A stretch of DNA of 34,919 nucleotides from a candidate division WOR-3 bacterium (GCA_965648905.1 CBFGIT010000026.1:1-34919); one strand, 5' to 3'; shown: positions 8,123-18,265, counted from the stretch's first letter. The notes: generated by a model not told the origin, from the sequence alone. Numbers and translations: made by a program.

Positions 8123-8533
8123 ATGCCCTGGTACGCATTCATCCACCCGGTTCTTGCACTCGGCACAATCGCCTATGGGGTCGTGACCGGCCAGACCAGT
8201 CTCTCCCGTATCAACGACTGGAACTTCCCCATGCGCCAGCAACGCTACCGAAGCGTCATCTTCCTTATTCTGGTAGCGGCCAACTTCGTCATCGGGCTCC
8301 TGGTCACCGCGCTGGTCCGTGGGACCGGACGTGCGCTCAAGCTGCCGGCCCACCGGACTCTGGCAATCGTGGCCATCATCCTTGCGGTGCTTGCCGCTCT
8401 GGTGACGTTCTCGCGCGGCCAGCGGGGCGAGGTCTCATCGGTGATGCGTCTGCATCCGGTAATCATGATTCTTGTGCTCGTGGTTCTGTTCACCATGGGC
8501 TTCATCACCGCCCTGTCGGTCTTCGGCATCTGA
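8123..8533 (+). CDS. Four-TM membrane protein, DUF4079/cytochrome b561-like
   Basis: Four hydrophobic segments, with His at helix starts (FIHP, PAHR, RLHP). Confidence 0.65.
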   Translation: MPWYAFIHPVLALGTIAYGVVTGQTSLSRINDWNFPMRQQRYRSVIFLILVAANFVIGLLVTALVRGTGRALKLPAHRTLAIVAIILAVLAALVTFSRGQRGEVSSVMRLHPVIMILVLVVLFTMGFITALSVFGI

Positions 8534-9240
8534 ACCAGCCCGATACAAGCCAGGCCCGGCTGAAAGAACGCGCACACAGCGTCCGTATCGTTCTGGCTCT
8601 GCGCCGCGCCTATCCTTCGCTCAATGCACCGGTCAAACTGATGCCGCGGCGCGACCCGTTCCGCGTGCTTGTCTCTGCCGTACTCTCGACCCGCACCCAG
8701 GACCCGGTCACGGCTGCGGCTGGGAGCCGACTGTTCGGTCATGCTTCTGACCCGTGCAAACTGGCCCGGCTCCGGCCCGCACAAGTCAGCCGGCTCATCT
8801 ATCCGGTGGGTTTCTATCGAACCAAGGCGCGCCTGCTGAACCGATTGGGCCGAATCCTCTGCACGGAGCACAGCGGCCAGGTACCCGACACACTTGAAGA
8901 ACTGCTCAAGCTGCCCGGAGTAGGTCGCAAGGTCGCCAACATCGTCTTGAGCCAGGCTTTTGGCCGGCCGGCAATTGCCGTGGACACGCACGTCCAGCGC
9001 ATCTCCAACCGGCTTGGCCTGGTCTGCACCACCCGTCCGATTGAGACCGAACGCGCCCTGATGCGCATCCTGCCCACCGCGTATCAGGCCGACTGGAATC
9101 ACCTGATTGTTGCTCTAGGCCAGACCATCTGCCGCCCGACCAGACCCCGCTGCCCGGTCTGCCCGGTCCGGCATCTCTGCCGGTCGGCGCAGGACACCAC
9201 GGTGTCTGCCAAGTCCAGACCGGCTCGTTCACGGTCATAA
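8530..9240 (+). CDS. nth: Endonuclease III (HhH-GPD, 4Fe-4S)
   Basis: LPGVGRKVAN (HhH), AVDTHV and CRPTRPRCPVCPVRHLC. The first canonical start is ATG 8641, but homology appears to extend upstream, so CTG 8530 is proposed tentatively. Confidence 0.93.
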   Translation: MNQPDTSQARLKERAHSVRIVLALRRAYPSLNAPVKLMPRRDPFRVLVSAVLSTRTQDPVTAAAGSRLFGHASDPCKLARLRPAQVSRLIYPVGFYRTKARLLNRLGRILCTEHSGQVPDTLEELLKLPGVGRKVANIVLSQAFGRPAIAVDTHVQRISNRLGLVCTTRPIETERALMRILPTAYQADWNHLIVALGQTICRPTRPRCPVCPVRHLCRSAQDTTVSAKSRPARSRS

Positions 9241-9293
9241 CCGCCCGCAGCGGCCCGGCCCTGTGCGGACTGGAGGCTAAGTTCCGGCCGAGT

Positions 9294-9322
9294 TTGACGT
9301 TGGGCTGTGCTCGTGGTATACT
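9294..9322 (+). promoter_or_regulatory. sigma70-type promoter
   Basis: TTGACG-17 bp-TATACT with TGG extension, 9 nt before GTG 9332. Confidence 0.7.
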
Positions 9323-9331
9323 ATCGTTCCC

Positions 9332-9580
9332 GTGGCTTTGCGTGCAGTGTATCGTCCGTCGGATGAGTTCATGGCGAATACGCTGCGTGACCTGCTGGAG
9401 CAGCACGGCATCCCGGCCATGATTCACTCGTTTCAGATTCCGGCCTATGATGGTCTGGCCATGGTGATGCGGCCGGCATGGGGTGAGGTGCTGGTCGAAG
9501 AGCAGGATTGGGACAGAGCGAAAGAGGTCGTCGAGGGTTTCTTAGCCACGGAAACCAACCTGCCTGAGTCCGATGAATAG
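9332..9580 (+). CDS. DUF2007-like small protein (putative signal transducing, PII-like fold)
   Basis: EFMANTLRDLLEQHGIPA...GEVLVEEQDWDRAKEVV pattern. Confidence 0.8.
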   Translation: MALRAVYRPSDEFMANTLRDLLEQHGIPAMIHSFQIPAYDGLAMVMRPAWGEVLVEEQDWDRAKEVVEGFLATETNLPESDE

Positions 9581-9794
9581 CATCGCCGGTCTGGGCCGGG
9601 TGCTGGTGGTACTCGGGCTTGTTCTCGCCTTGGCCGGGGTCGGGCTGATTGGTGTCAGCCGCCTCGGGCTTGTGCGTCTGCCGGGCGACATCCTTGTCCA
9701 GCGCCGCGGTCTTGTTCTGTACATACCGCTGGTAACAGGACTGGTCCTGTCGCTGGTACTCAGTCTTATTCTGAACCTGCTGCTGCGCAGGTAG
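9573..9794 (+). CDS. DUF2905-family membrane protein
   Basis: GRVLVVLG...RLPGDI....YIPLVTGLVLSLVLSLIL. Confidence 0.85.
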   Translation: MNSIAGLGRVLVVLGLVLALAGVGLIGVSRLGLVRLPGDILVQRRGLVLYIPLVTGLVLSLVLSLILNLLLRR

Positions 9795-9890
9795 TCGCTT
9801 CAGGGGCTCTTCGCCTCGGAGCAAGCAGCCCGGCCGGTTTTCGGTCGGGCAGTGTAACAGTCTAGTCCGGATGGAGGTCCGGTAAGTTCT

Positions 9891-12590
9891 ATGAGATTCG
9901 TTTACCGTTTCGGCAACGGTCAGGCTGACGGCTCGGCCCGGATGCGCGACATCCTGGGCGGCAAGGGCGCGAACCTGGCCGAGATGACAAACATCGGGCT
10001 GCCGGTGCCGCCCGGCTTCACGATTACGACCGCGGTCTGCGTCTACTACATGCGGCGCAAGACCCTGCCCAAGCTTCTGGCCGCCGAAGTGCGCAAGGGT
10101 CTTGCCCACATCGAAGGCTCGGTCGGCCGCACTTTCGGCGATGCCGACAACCCTCTGCTCGTGTCGGTTCGGTCTGGTGCGCGCGCCTCAATGCCGGGCA
10201 TGATGGACACGGTTCTGAACCTTGGCCTGACCGATGTGACGGTTGCCGGACTGGCCCGGCAGACCAAGGATGAGCGGTTCGCGCTCGACTCCTACCGTCG
10301 GTTCATCCAGATGTTTGCCGACGTCGTGCTCGGAACCGGCGATGAGGAGTTTGAGAAGACCCTTGGGGCCGAACGCCGTCGGGCCAATGTCAAGTCCGAT
10401 GCTGAGCTGGACGTTCCGGCCCTGACGCGGATTGTCAGCCGGTACAAAGACAAGGTCAAAGAGCTTACCGGCAAGCCGTTTCCCCAGGACCCGAATACCC
10501 AGCTCTGGATGGCAATTGAAGCGGTGCTCAAGTCCTGGAACACGCCCCGGGCGATTGAGTACCGCCGCATCTATGATATCCCGAACGACTGGGGCACAGC
10601 GGTGAACGTCCAGGCGATGGTCTTCGGCAACCTGGGTGACTCTTCGGCCACCGGGGTCTGCTTCACCCGGGACCCAGGCTCGGGCGAGCCGAGAATCTAC
10701 GGCGAGTATCTGAACAACGCCCAGGGCGAAGATATCGTTGCCGGCATCAGGACACCAAAGCCGCTGGAGTGGCTTGAGTCCGAGCAGCCCGAAGCCTATG
10801 CTCAGCTTGTCGAGCTGCTCGGCCGGCTTGAGCGCCACTATCGCGACATGCAGGACGTCGAGTTCACCATCGAGAACGGCCGGCTCTGGGTCTTGCAGTG
10901 CCGCAGCGGCAAACGGACTCCCAACGCCGCGGTCCGGATTGCCCATGACCTGGCCCAGACTGGCATCATCAGCCGCAAAGAGGCAGTCCTGCGCGTCCGG
11001 GCCGAAGACGTCGATGCCCTGCTCCATCCGGGCATTGACCCGAACGCCCAGTACGAAGTCCTGGGCAAGGGCATTGCCGCCTCACCTGGTGCGGCCTGGG
11101 GCGAACTGGTCTTGACTTCGAGCCGCGCGGTCGAGCTGGCGGACGCCGGACGCCACGTAATTCTGGTCCGGCACCAGACCTCGGCCGACGATGTCGCAGG
11201 CATGGCCCGCTCCCAAGGGTTCCTGACCGCGGCCGGCGGCATGACCTCGCACGCCGCGGTCGTGGCCCGGGGCATGGGCAAGCCCTGCGTTGTCGGCTGC
11301 GACACCCTGCGCGTCGACTACGCGAACCGTCGGGTCACAATCGGCAAACGCGACCTGGTTGAAGGCGAAGTAATCACCATCAACGGCACAACCGGCGAGG
11401 TCATCCTTGGCCGGGTGCCGATGGTCGAATCGAAGTTCTCCACCGAGTTCGAGACCCTGCTGCAATGGGCCGACAAGCTCCGTCGGCTCGGCATCAGAAC
11501 CAATGCCGACACGCCCGAAGACGCGGCCACTGCCCGCAAGTTTGGTGCTGAGGGCATCGGCCTGTGTCGCACCGAGCACATGTTCTTTGCCGCAGACCGA
11601 ATCGGCGCGATGCAGGAGATGATTATGGCCGAAACCGAAGCGGGCCGGCGTCGGGCACTTGCCCGGCTCCTCGCTATGCAGCGTAACGACTTCGCCGCCA
11701 TCTTCCGGGTCATGGACGGTTTCCCGGTGACGATTCGGACCCTTGACCCTCCGCTCCATGAGTTCCTGCCCAAAGACGAGCCGGCAATCGAGAAGCTCGC
11801 CCAGAAGATGAGCGTTACGACCGGGCAAATCAAGGCTGCGATTGCCCGGCTCCACGAGGAAAACCCGATGCTCGGATTCCGTGGCTGTCGGCTTGGCATC
11901 ACCTATCCGGAAATCACCGACATGCAGGCCCGGGCGGTTTTCGAAGCTGCCTGCCAGGTCAAGACTGAAGGCATCAAGGTCCTGCCCGAGGTCATGATTC
12001 CCCTGGTCAGCACCGCGGCAGAACTTGCCCGCCAGCGCCACCTCGTGGTCAAGGTTGCCGAAGAAGTATTTGCCCGCACCGGGGTCAGGGTCAACTATCT
12101 GGTCGGTACCATGATTGAAGTCCCGCGCGCGGCCCTGACCGCAGACGAGGTTGCCCGCGAAGCCGACTTCTTCTCGTTCGGCACCAACGACCTGACCCAG
12201 ATGACGTTCGGCTTCTCGCGCGACGACGCCGGCAAGTTCCTGCCCAGCTATCTTGAGTCCGGCATCCTTGCGGCCAACCCGTTTGAGACCCTTGACCAGG
12301 ATGGTGTTGGTGCGCTTATCAAACTCTGTGTCCGACTCGGCCGCAGGACCAAGCCCACACTCAAAGTCGGTATCTGTGGCGAGCACGGCGGTGACCCGGA
12401 CTCAATCGGGTTCTGCCATGAAGTCGGGATGAACTACGTCAGTTGTTCGGCCTATCGTGTGCCGGTCGCCCGACTGGCTGCGGCTCAGGCTGCGCTGCGC
12501 GAAGAACAGGCGAAAGAGCAGAAAGCCGCCCGCACCGCTCAACGCCAGAAGAACACAAGCCCGCCGGAAACGAAAGGCAGCGCCGGGTGA
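9891..12590 (+). CDS. ppdK: Pyruvate, phosphate dikinase
   Basis: LGGKGANLAEM, PLLVSVRSGA, GGMTSHAAVVARG (phospho-His), GIGLCRTEHMFF, SFGTNDLTQ and GICGEHGGDP. Confidence 0.98.
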   Translation: MRFVYRFGNGQADGSARMRDILGGKGANLAEMTNIGLPVPPGFTITTAVCVYYMRRKTLPKLLAAEVRKGLAHIEGSVGRTFGDADNPLLVSVRSGARASMPGMMDTVLNLGLTDVTVAGLARQTKDERFALDSYRRFIQMFADVVLGTGDEEFEKTLGAERRRANVKSDAELDVPALTRIVSRYKDKVKELTGKPFPQDPNTQLWMAIEAVLKSWNTPRAIEYRRIYDIPNDWGTAVNVQAMVFGNLGDSSATGVCFTRDPGSGEPRIYGEYLNNAQGEDIVAGIRTPKPLEWLESEQPEAYAQLVELLGRLERHYRDMQDVEFTIENGRLWVLQCRSGKRTPNAAVRIAHDLAQTGIISRKEAVLRVRAEDVDALLHPGIDPNAQYEVLGKGIAASPGAAWGELVLTSSRAVELADAGRHVILVRHQTSADDVAGMARSQGFLTAAGGMTSHAAVVARGMGKPCVVGCDTLRVDYANRRVTIGKRDLVEGEVITINGTTGEVILGRVPMVESKFSTEFETLLQWADKLRRLGIRTNADTPEDAATARKFGAEGIGLCRTEHMFFAADRIGAMQEMIMAETEAGRRRALARLLAMQRNDFAAIFRVMDGFPVTIRTLDPPLHEFLPKDEPAIEKLAQKMSVTTGQIKAAIARLHEENPMLGFRGCRLGITYPEITDMQARAVFEAACQVKTEGIKVLPEVMIPLVSTAAELARQRHLVVKVAEEVFARTGVRVNYLVGTMIEVPRAALTADEVAREADFFSFGTNDLTQMTFGFSRDDAGKFLPSYLESGILAANPFETLDQDGVGALIKLCVRLGRRTKPTLKVGICGEHGGDPDSIGFCHEVGMNYVSCSAYRVPVARLAAAQAALREEQAKEQKAARTAQRQKNTSPPETKGSAG

Positions 12591-14248
12591 GCGCCGCCTT
12601 CCCGGTTCGCCTGGCCGAACTCCTCAACCGCCATCCGGACGTGCGGCTCAACCCCTGTCGCCGCGATATGATTGCCGAGGCTGTGGCCCGGCGCGAGGCC
12701 ATGGTCGCAGCCTGTGGCTGTCTTGCAACCTGGACCCCGCCTGAGTCTACCGGCCGCAGTCCGCAGGACACGGTCATTGTCCAAAGGGACGAATCCGCCG
12801 AAACAATCGACTGGGACTCGCCCAACAATCTGCCGATCTCGCCCGAGACATTCGACATGCTCCTCGACGACGCCCTTGCCACGCTCGGCACGAAAGAGCG
12901 GCTCTATGTTACTGACCGCGTGCTCGACGCCGATTCCGGCCATGCTCTGCCGGTGCGAACCATAACCGACCGGGCCCTGTTCGCGCTCTTCACCGACAAC
13001 ATGTTTCGCCCCATACCTCCTGATATTGGTCGCTCGGTGTTTGTCCGCACGCCTTTCACCCTGCTCGTCTTGCCCTACGACAAACTCGACCGCAACCGCT
13101 ATGAAGGCCGGCTGCGCAAACTCCCTCCGCCCAACTCATCACTCACCTCGAACATGGTCATTGCCATGGACTTTGACCGCCGTATCGGTCTGGTCTTCGG
13201 CTCAGCCTACTGCGGCAGCGTGAAGAAGCTGATGTTCACGGTTATGAACTACCTGCTGCCCGAGCATGGAATCCTGCCGCTGCACTGCTCGGCCACTGAA
13301 GGTCAGTCCGGCGATGTTACTCTCCTCCTCGGACTGTCGGGCACAGGCAAGACCTCGCTCTCGGCTGACCCGCGCCGGAAACTCCTCGGCGACGACGAGC
13401 ACTCCTGGGGCGATTCCGGCATTGCCAACCTTGAGAACGGCTGCTATGCCAAGCTCATCAACCTGAGTCCGACCAAAGAGCCCGACATCTACCACGCCTG
13501 TTTTCATGAGGCTTCGTATCTGGAACACGGTGCGATTGTCGAGAACGCGATGGTCTACCCGGACGGCCGGTTTGACCTCGACGACGAACGATTCACGCCC
13601 AACTCGCGCGGCTCCTACCCACTCTCGTTCCTGCCCAACATCAAAGACCCGCCTGTCGGTACCCACCCAACCACGATTCTCTTTCTCACAGCAGACGCTA
13701 ACGGCGTCCTGCCGCCCCTTGCCCGACTGACAAAAGAACAGGCGATGCTCTGGTTCCTCATGGGCTATACCTCAAAACTCGCCGGCACTGAGACCGGCAT
13801 AGTTGAACCCAGAAGTACTTTTTCCCGTTTCTTCGGCCAGCCGTTCATGCCCCGAAACCCGGATGTCTACGCCCGACTCCTCGGCGAAAAGCTGACCCGG
13901 CACTCAACCCGGGTCTGGCTCGTCAACACCGGCTGGTCTGGCGGCCCTTATGGTGAGGGCCGACGCATGGACATCAGCTTGACGCGCGAGCTGATCGAGG
14001 CCGCCTTGTCCGGAGCCCTGGACCGGGTCGAATACGACGAGGACAAAGTATTTCACTTTCACGTGCCCAGAACCTGTCCGGCCATACCCGACCCAACCCT
14101 GCTCAACCCCCGCAACACCTGGCGCGACAAACAGGCATTTGACGAGCGTGCGCGCCGACTCGCGGCCGAGTTCTCGGCCCGGTTTGACCGCGCCTACGGC
14201 AACAAGAACATCCCCGCAGACATCGCCCGTCAGTGCCCGGGCAAATAG
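12587..14248 (+). CDS. pckA: Phosphoenolpyruvate carboxykinase (ATP)
   Basis: TGRSP, GSAYCGSVKK, LHCSA, GLSGTGKTSLS, LGDDEH, ENGCYAK and WLVNTGW. Start GTG 12587 overlaps the ppdK stop (GTGA). Confidence 0.95.
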   Translation: MSAAFPVRLAELLNRHPDVRLNPCRRDMIAEAVARREAMVAACGCLATWTPPESTGRSPQDTVIVQRDESAETIDWDSPNNLPISPETFDMLLDDALATLGTKERLYVTDRVLDADSGHALPVRTITDRALFALFTDNMFRPIPPDIGRSVFVRTPFTLLVLPYDKLDRNRYEGRLRKLPPPNSSLTSNMVIAMDFDRRIGLVFGSAYCGSVKKLMFTVMNYLLPEHGILPLHCSATEGQSGDVTLLLGLSGTGKTSLSADPRRKLLGDDEHSWGDSGIANLENGCYAKLINLSPTKEPDIYHACFHEASYLEHGAIVENAMVYPDGRFDLDDERFTPNSRGSYPLSFLPNIKDPPVGTHPTTILFLTADANGVLPPLARLTKEQAMLWFLMGYTSKLAGTETGIVEPRSTFSRFFGQPFMPRNPDVYARLLGEKLTRHSTRVWLVNTGWSGGPYGEGRRMDISLTRELIEAALSGALDRVEYDEDKVFHFHVPRTCPAIPDPTLLNPRNTWRDKQAFDERARRLAAEFSARFDRAYGNKNIPADIARQCPGK

Positions 14249-14260
14249 GCCGGGCTCAGT

Positions 14261-14289
14261 TTGACATCGTTTCTGTACCGGGCTAGACT
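14261..14289 (+). promoter_or_regulatory. sigma70-type promoter of ndk (probably leaderless)
   Basis: TTGACA-17 bp-TAGACT, 6 nt before TTG 14296. Confidence 0.7.
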
Positions 14290-14295
14290 ATTCTC

Positions 14296-14760
14296 TTGCC
14301 GGATTCGGCCCAGTCAGAAACAACCTTGCTGCTCATCAAGCCCGATGCTGTGGCAGCCCGTCATTGCGGGGCAATCCTCGAACGGCTTGAGGACGCAGGG
14401 TTTGTGCTTACCGGCCTGGAGATGAGGCATCTGAACCGCACCGAGGCCGAGAACTTCTATCGCATCCACCAAGACAAGGAGTTCTTCGCTGGGCTGGTTG
14501 AGTTCATTGTCTCAGGTCCGCTTGTTGCGGTTCGCATCGAGGGACCAGAGGTGAGACGCCGGTTGCGCGAGTTCGTGGGGGCGACCGACCCGGCCCAGGC
14601 TGCACCGGGTACGATCAGAGCCGACTTTGGTACGACGGTTCGCCGCAACGCGGTCCATGCGTCGAATCCTGACGAAGACGTGGAAAGAGAGCTTGAGTTC
14701 TTCTTTCCCTTGAGCAAACCCCAACCGGCAGGTACTGCCTGCCAATTCCCGGAGGTCTAG
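14296..14760 (+). CDS. ndk: Nucleoside diphosphate kinase
   Basis: TLLLIKPDAV, SGP, GATDP..A.PGTIRADFG and NAVHAS (catalytic His). Confidence 0.96.
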   Translation: MPDSAQSETTLLLIKPDAVAARHCGAILERLEDAGFVLTGLEMRHLNRTEAENFYRIHQDKEFFAGLVEFIVSGPLVAVRIEGPEVRRRLREFVGATDPAQAAPGTIRADFGTTVRRNAVHASNPDEDVERELEFFFPLSKPQPAGTACQFPEV

Positions 14761-14761
14761 T

Positions 14762-17700
14762 TTGACAAAGAATCTCATCATCGCTGTCCTGGTTCTACCT
14801 GTTGCCGTCCTGGCCGGTACCATCGTCCAGACGTTCACGTTCGCGCCGTCCGAGGTCAGCTTTGCGCGGGTGAACGGCTTTGACGTGCCTGACCTGCGCG
14901 GCTATATCTCGACCTCGGCGCCAGGCGAGCCGATTATCCCTGAGGCGCTTTTCACGTTTGTCGTCCCGGCCCACGCCACGGTCACGGACGTTAGAGTAGT
15001 TGCCGCGGAGCAGGTCGAACTACCCGGAACCTACAATATCCACCCGGCCCAGGTTCCGCGCCCGCTCAGCGTCAAGGAGCAACCGGCTTTTGTCCAGCCT
15101 GATGCCGGTCTTTACGGCTCGAGCCAGGCCTATCCTGGCCGGCTGGTCCGCTTCGGCTACACCGGCAACAAAGGCGGATACCGGGTCTGCGGTGTCGAGG
15201 TGTTCCCGCTCCAGTATGTCCCGGTCACGGGCAAGGTCAGCCTGTACACCTCACTGACTCTCCAGGTCTCCTACGACGAGAATACCTACCGCGCCACACC
15301 GCTGACTCAGGCTCAAGTCAACTGGGCCGCAGACGAGTTACGCAGTGTGGTCGTCAACCCGGCGGACCTGGTCAAGTTCGCTCCGCCGGTTCGCCAGTCT
15401 GACCCGACCGATGCCCAGTACGTCATCATCACTGCGGACAGTTACATCTCAACGCTTCAGCCCCTGGCTGACTGGCACAGCCGCAAGGGCCTGACTACCG
15501 TGTTCAAGACCGTGTCGTGGATTACTTCGACCTATCCGGGTTACGACACTCAGGAGAAAATCCGCAACTTCATTATCGACTACTGGACCAATCACGGCAC
15601 GATGTGGGTACTATTGGCCGGCGCGCACTCGGTCATCCCGGCCCGTCGCGGCCGCTCGATCTGCTCGGGCAACACCGGCAACATTCCGGCCGACCTTTAC
15701 TATATGGACCTGCAATGGTCCTGGGACGGCAATGGCAATCGCATATATGGCGAGGCAAACGGCGATACTGTTGACTTCTACGCTGACATCTATCTGGGCC
15801 GGGCACCGATTGCCAGCGTCGCCAATGCCCAGACCTTTGTCAACAAGGTCTTCGGCTACGAGAAGAACCCGAACACCAGCTACATCAAGAAAGCCTACCT
15901 GCCCTGGGTGCCGCTTTTCACCGGCTACACTGGTGAGGCGGTGTCTGACTCGATTGCCAACATCACGCCGTCCGGCTGGACCGACACCAAGGCAGCATCG
16001 CCTGCCCCTTCGACTTTCCAGTCGGCAATCAACACTGGCTATGGCGTCTGCCACGGTGCGGCCCACGGTGATGACTACGGGTTCTACACTGATGCTGGCA
16101 CGCCGATCTATACCACAACCCAGGCCGGGGCTCAGACCAACGGCATGGACAAGCTTGTCATAATGAACTCGATGGCCTGCATTTCGGGCAACTTCGAGAA
16201 CCAGTCGTGTCTTTCGGTCACGCTTCAGAACAACGCCTCGGGCGGCACCGTGGCAAACATGATGAACTCGCGCTACGGCTGGGGAACGCCACCTGTTTTT
16301 GGACCTTCCGAAAAGCTCTGCACCCGCTTCTACGACTTCTTCATCCAGCAGGACTCCTGGCTGATTGGCGTTGCCCATGCCCGGGGCAAGGACGTCTATG
16401 CCAGCCTGCCCCAGACCCAGGAAGTCTGGCGCTGGTGTTTCTACGACTACAACCTGCTCGGCGACCCGGCCATGCCGGTCTGGAGCGACGTGCCGGGCAC
16501 ACTAACCGTCAATGCGCCTGACTCGATTCCCACCGGCACATCAAGCTTACGGGTGACGGTTCAGAGCTCGGGCTCACCCGTGGCCAACGCCCGAGTCGGA
16601 GTGTACAAATCGGGTGAGGTCTGCGCCCAGGGCCGAACCAATGCCTCGGGCCAGGCTGATATTATTGTCAGCCCGCTGACCACCGGCTGGCTCTACGTCA
16701 CCGTCTCAGCCCAGGACAAGCTGCCCGGATACGACAGCACCCGGGTGTATGCCGGCGCACCCATGCCGTACGTTGTATTCCAGAGCCACTTCGTGGACGA
16801 CGGCGGCAACAATCAGCTCGACCCGGGCGAAACCGTCAACCTGTATGTCACGCTCAAGAACATGGGCAATGCTGCCTCGACCAACACCCGCGGCACACTG
16901 CGTGAGAATTCGACTTACATCACTCTGGGCGATTCGACTTCGAACTATGGAACGATGAATGCCGGTGACACCAGCCGGGGCGACCGCTACCAGGTCACGG
17001 CCGCATCCGGCACACCGCCCGGGTCCCAGATTCAGTTCACGGTTCATGTCACCTCAGACCAGGGTTCATGGGACCCGACGTTCACTCTCACGGTTGGCGT
17101 GCCGCCGATACCGGGCCAGGTGGTGATGACCCATGACACCGGCTACTGCAAACTATCGGTCATTGCGCTCGGTTCAATCGGCTACGACGCGCCGCCCGGC
17201 CTGGACCTTGGTTCCGGCTTTTCCTATCCCAAGGCCACGGCCAGCCAGTTGTACTATGCGAGTTTCCTCGTCGGCAACGGCACCGGCTATGTCGCGGACC
17301 GGTACTACGGCAACCCACCCAGTGGCGGGCCGAACACCGACTTCAGAATCGTCGACAGCCTGCGTCCGGTCCTGCCGCCTGCAGCCGGGGATGAGCACTT
17401 CCGCTGGGTGATGAGCGATGCCAGTCACCCTTCGCCCAAAGGTCTGCGCGTCACCGCCAACTCGTACCAGACTGCTCTGCCTGGCTACGACGACTTTGTC
17501 GCCTTGGTCTATGACATCAAGAACGAGGGCTCAACCGCACTCACCGGCATGTATGCCGGAGTCATGGCCGACTTTGACATCGGCTCAGACCCGACCACAA
17601 ACACTTCAGCCGCGGACACAGTTCGCCGTACCCAAAGCATGCGCCAGGCCTCGACTGCCAACCCCACGGTCGGCGTCAAAATCCTTGCTCCGCGCTCATT

Positions 17701-18265
17701 TGCCAACCTCTCCGCGGTTGACCATGCCCGATATGTCTACCCGGATTCGTGCATGACCGATGGACAGAAATGGCGCTTCCTGAACGGCACGATTGTCCTG
17801 CGCAACTCCAACCGTAACTACGACTGGTCCACATGCACTTCGATCGGCCCGTTCGACATCCAGCCGGGCCAATCGTACCGCTGCGCCTTTGCGTTCCTCG
17901 GTGGCACTTCGCTGGCCGAGTTCCAGGCCCATGCCGACAGCGCCCAATCCTGGTATGACGGCAATGTCGGCCTGCTCGAAGGTGAAGGGTTGACACGACC
18001 CCGGACTGAGGTCAACCTCGTCTGCTCGCCCAACCCGTTCCAGCGTGCGGTTACGATCAGTTTCAACCTGCCGATTCCAGGCCGGGTCCTCGCCCAGGTC
18101 TTCGACGTCTCAGGCCGCACGGTTGCCACGCTCGCCAACGCCGAACTGCCTGCTGGCAGAACTCAGGCGGTCTGGTCGCCGGCAAAGCTTTCCAGCGGCG
18201 TCTACCTCCTGAAACTGCAACTGCCTGACGGTTCAGTAACCGAAAAACTGATGCTCTTGCGGTAG
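14762..18265 (+). CDS. Secreted C25 (gingipain-like) cysteine peptidase with propeptide, Ig-like domains and T9SS-type C-terminal domain
   Basis: Signal peptide, propeptide (APGEPIIP), YVIITAD...LADWHSRKG, IYLGRAP, AAHG (His), SMACISG (Cys), YNLLGDPAM, and C-terminal SPNPF...SGVYLLKL...EKLMLLR. SD GGAGG. Confidence 0.92.
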   Translation: MTKNLIIAVLVLPVAVLAGTIVQTFTFAPSEVSFARVNGFDVPDLRGYISTSAPGEPIIPEALFTFVVPAHATVTDVRVVAAEQVELPGTYNIHPAQVPRPLSVKEQPAFVQPDAGLYGSSQAYPGRLVRFGYTGNKGGYRVCGVEVFPLQYVPVTGKVSLYTSLTLQVSYDENTYRATPLTQAQVNWAADELRSVVVNPADLVKFAPPVRQSDPTDAQYVIITADSYISTLQPLADWHSRKGLTTVFKTVSWITSTYPGYDTQEKIRNFIIDYWTNHGTMWVLLAGAHSVIPARRGRSICSGNTGNIPADLYYMDLQWSWDGNGNRIYGEANGDTVDFYADIYLGRAPIASVANAQTFVNKVFGYEKNPNTSYIKKAYLPWVPLFTGYTGEAVSDSIANITPSGWTDTKAASPAPSTFQSAINTGYGVCHGAAHGDDYGFYTDAGTPIYTTTQAGAQTNGMDKLVIMNSMACISGNFENQSCLSVTLQNNASGGTVANMMNSRYGWGTPPVFGPSEKLCTRFYDFFIQQDSWLIGVAHARGKDVYASLPQTQEVWRWCFYDYNLLGDPAMPVWSDVPGTLTVNAPDSIPTGTSSLRVTVQSSGSPVANARVGVYKSGEVCAQGRTNASGQADIIVSPLTTGWLYVTVSAQDKLPGYDSTRVYAGAPMPYVVFQSHFVDDGGNNQLDPGETVNLYVTLKNMGNAASTNTRGTLRENSTYITLGDSTSNYGTMNAGDTSRGDRYQVTAASGTPPGSQIQFTVHVTSDQGSWDPTFTLTVGVPPIPGQVVMTHDTGYCKLSVIALGSIGYDAPPGLDLGSGFSYPKATASQLYYASFLVGNGTGYVADRYYGNPPSGGPNTDFRIVDSLRPVLPPAAGDEHFRWVMSDASHPSPKGLRVTANSYQTALPGYDDFVALVYDIKNEGSTALTGMYAGVMADFDIGSDPTTNTSAADTVRRTQSMRQASTANPTVGVKILAPRSFANLSAVDHARYVYPDSCMTDGQKWRFLNGTIVLRNSNRNYDWSTCTSIGPFDIQPGQSYRCAFAFLGGTSLAEFQAHADSAQSWYDGNVGLLEGEGLTRPRTEVNLVCSPNPFQRAVTISFNLPIPGRVLAQVFDVSGRTVATLANAELPAGRTQAVWSPAKLSSGVYLLKLQLPDGSVTEKLMLLR

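Noticed and set aside
12443..12586. N-terminal extension of pckA in the ORF track
   Set aside because: It overlaps the ppdK 3' end; GTG 12587 coupled to the ppdK stop is more plausible.
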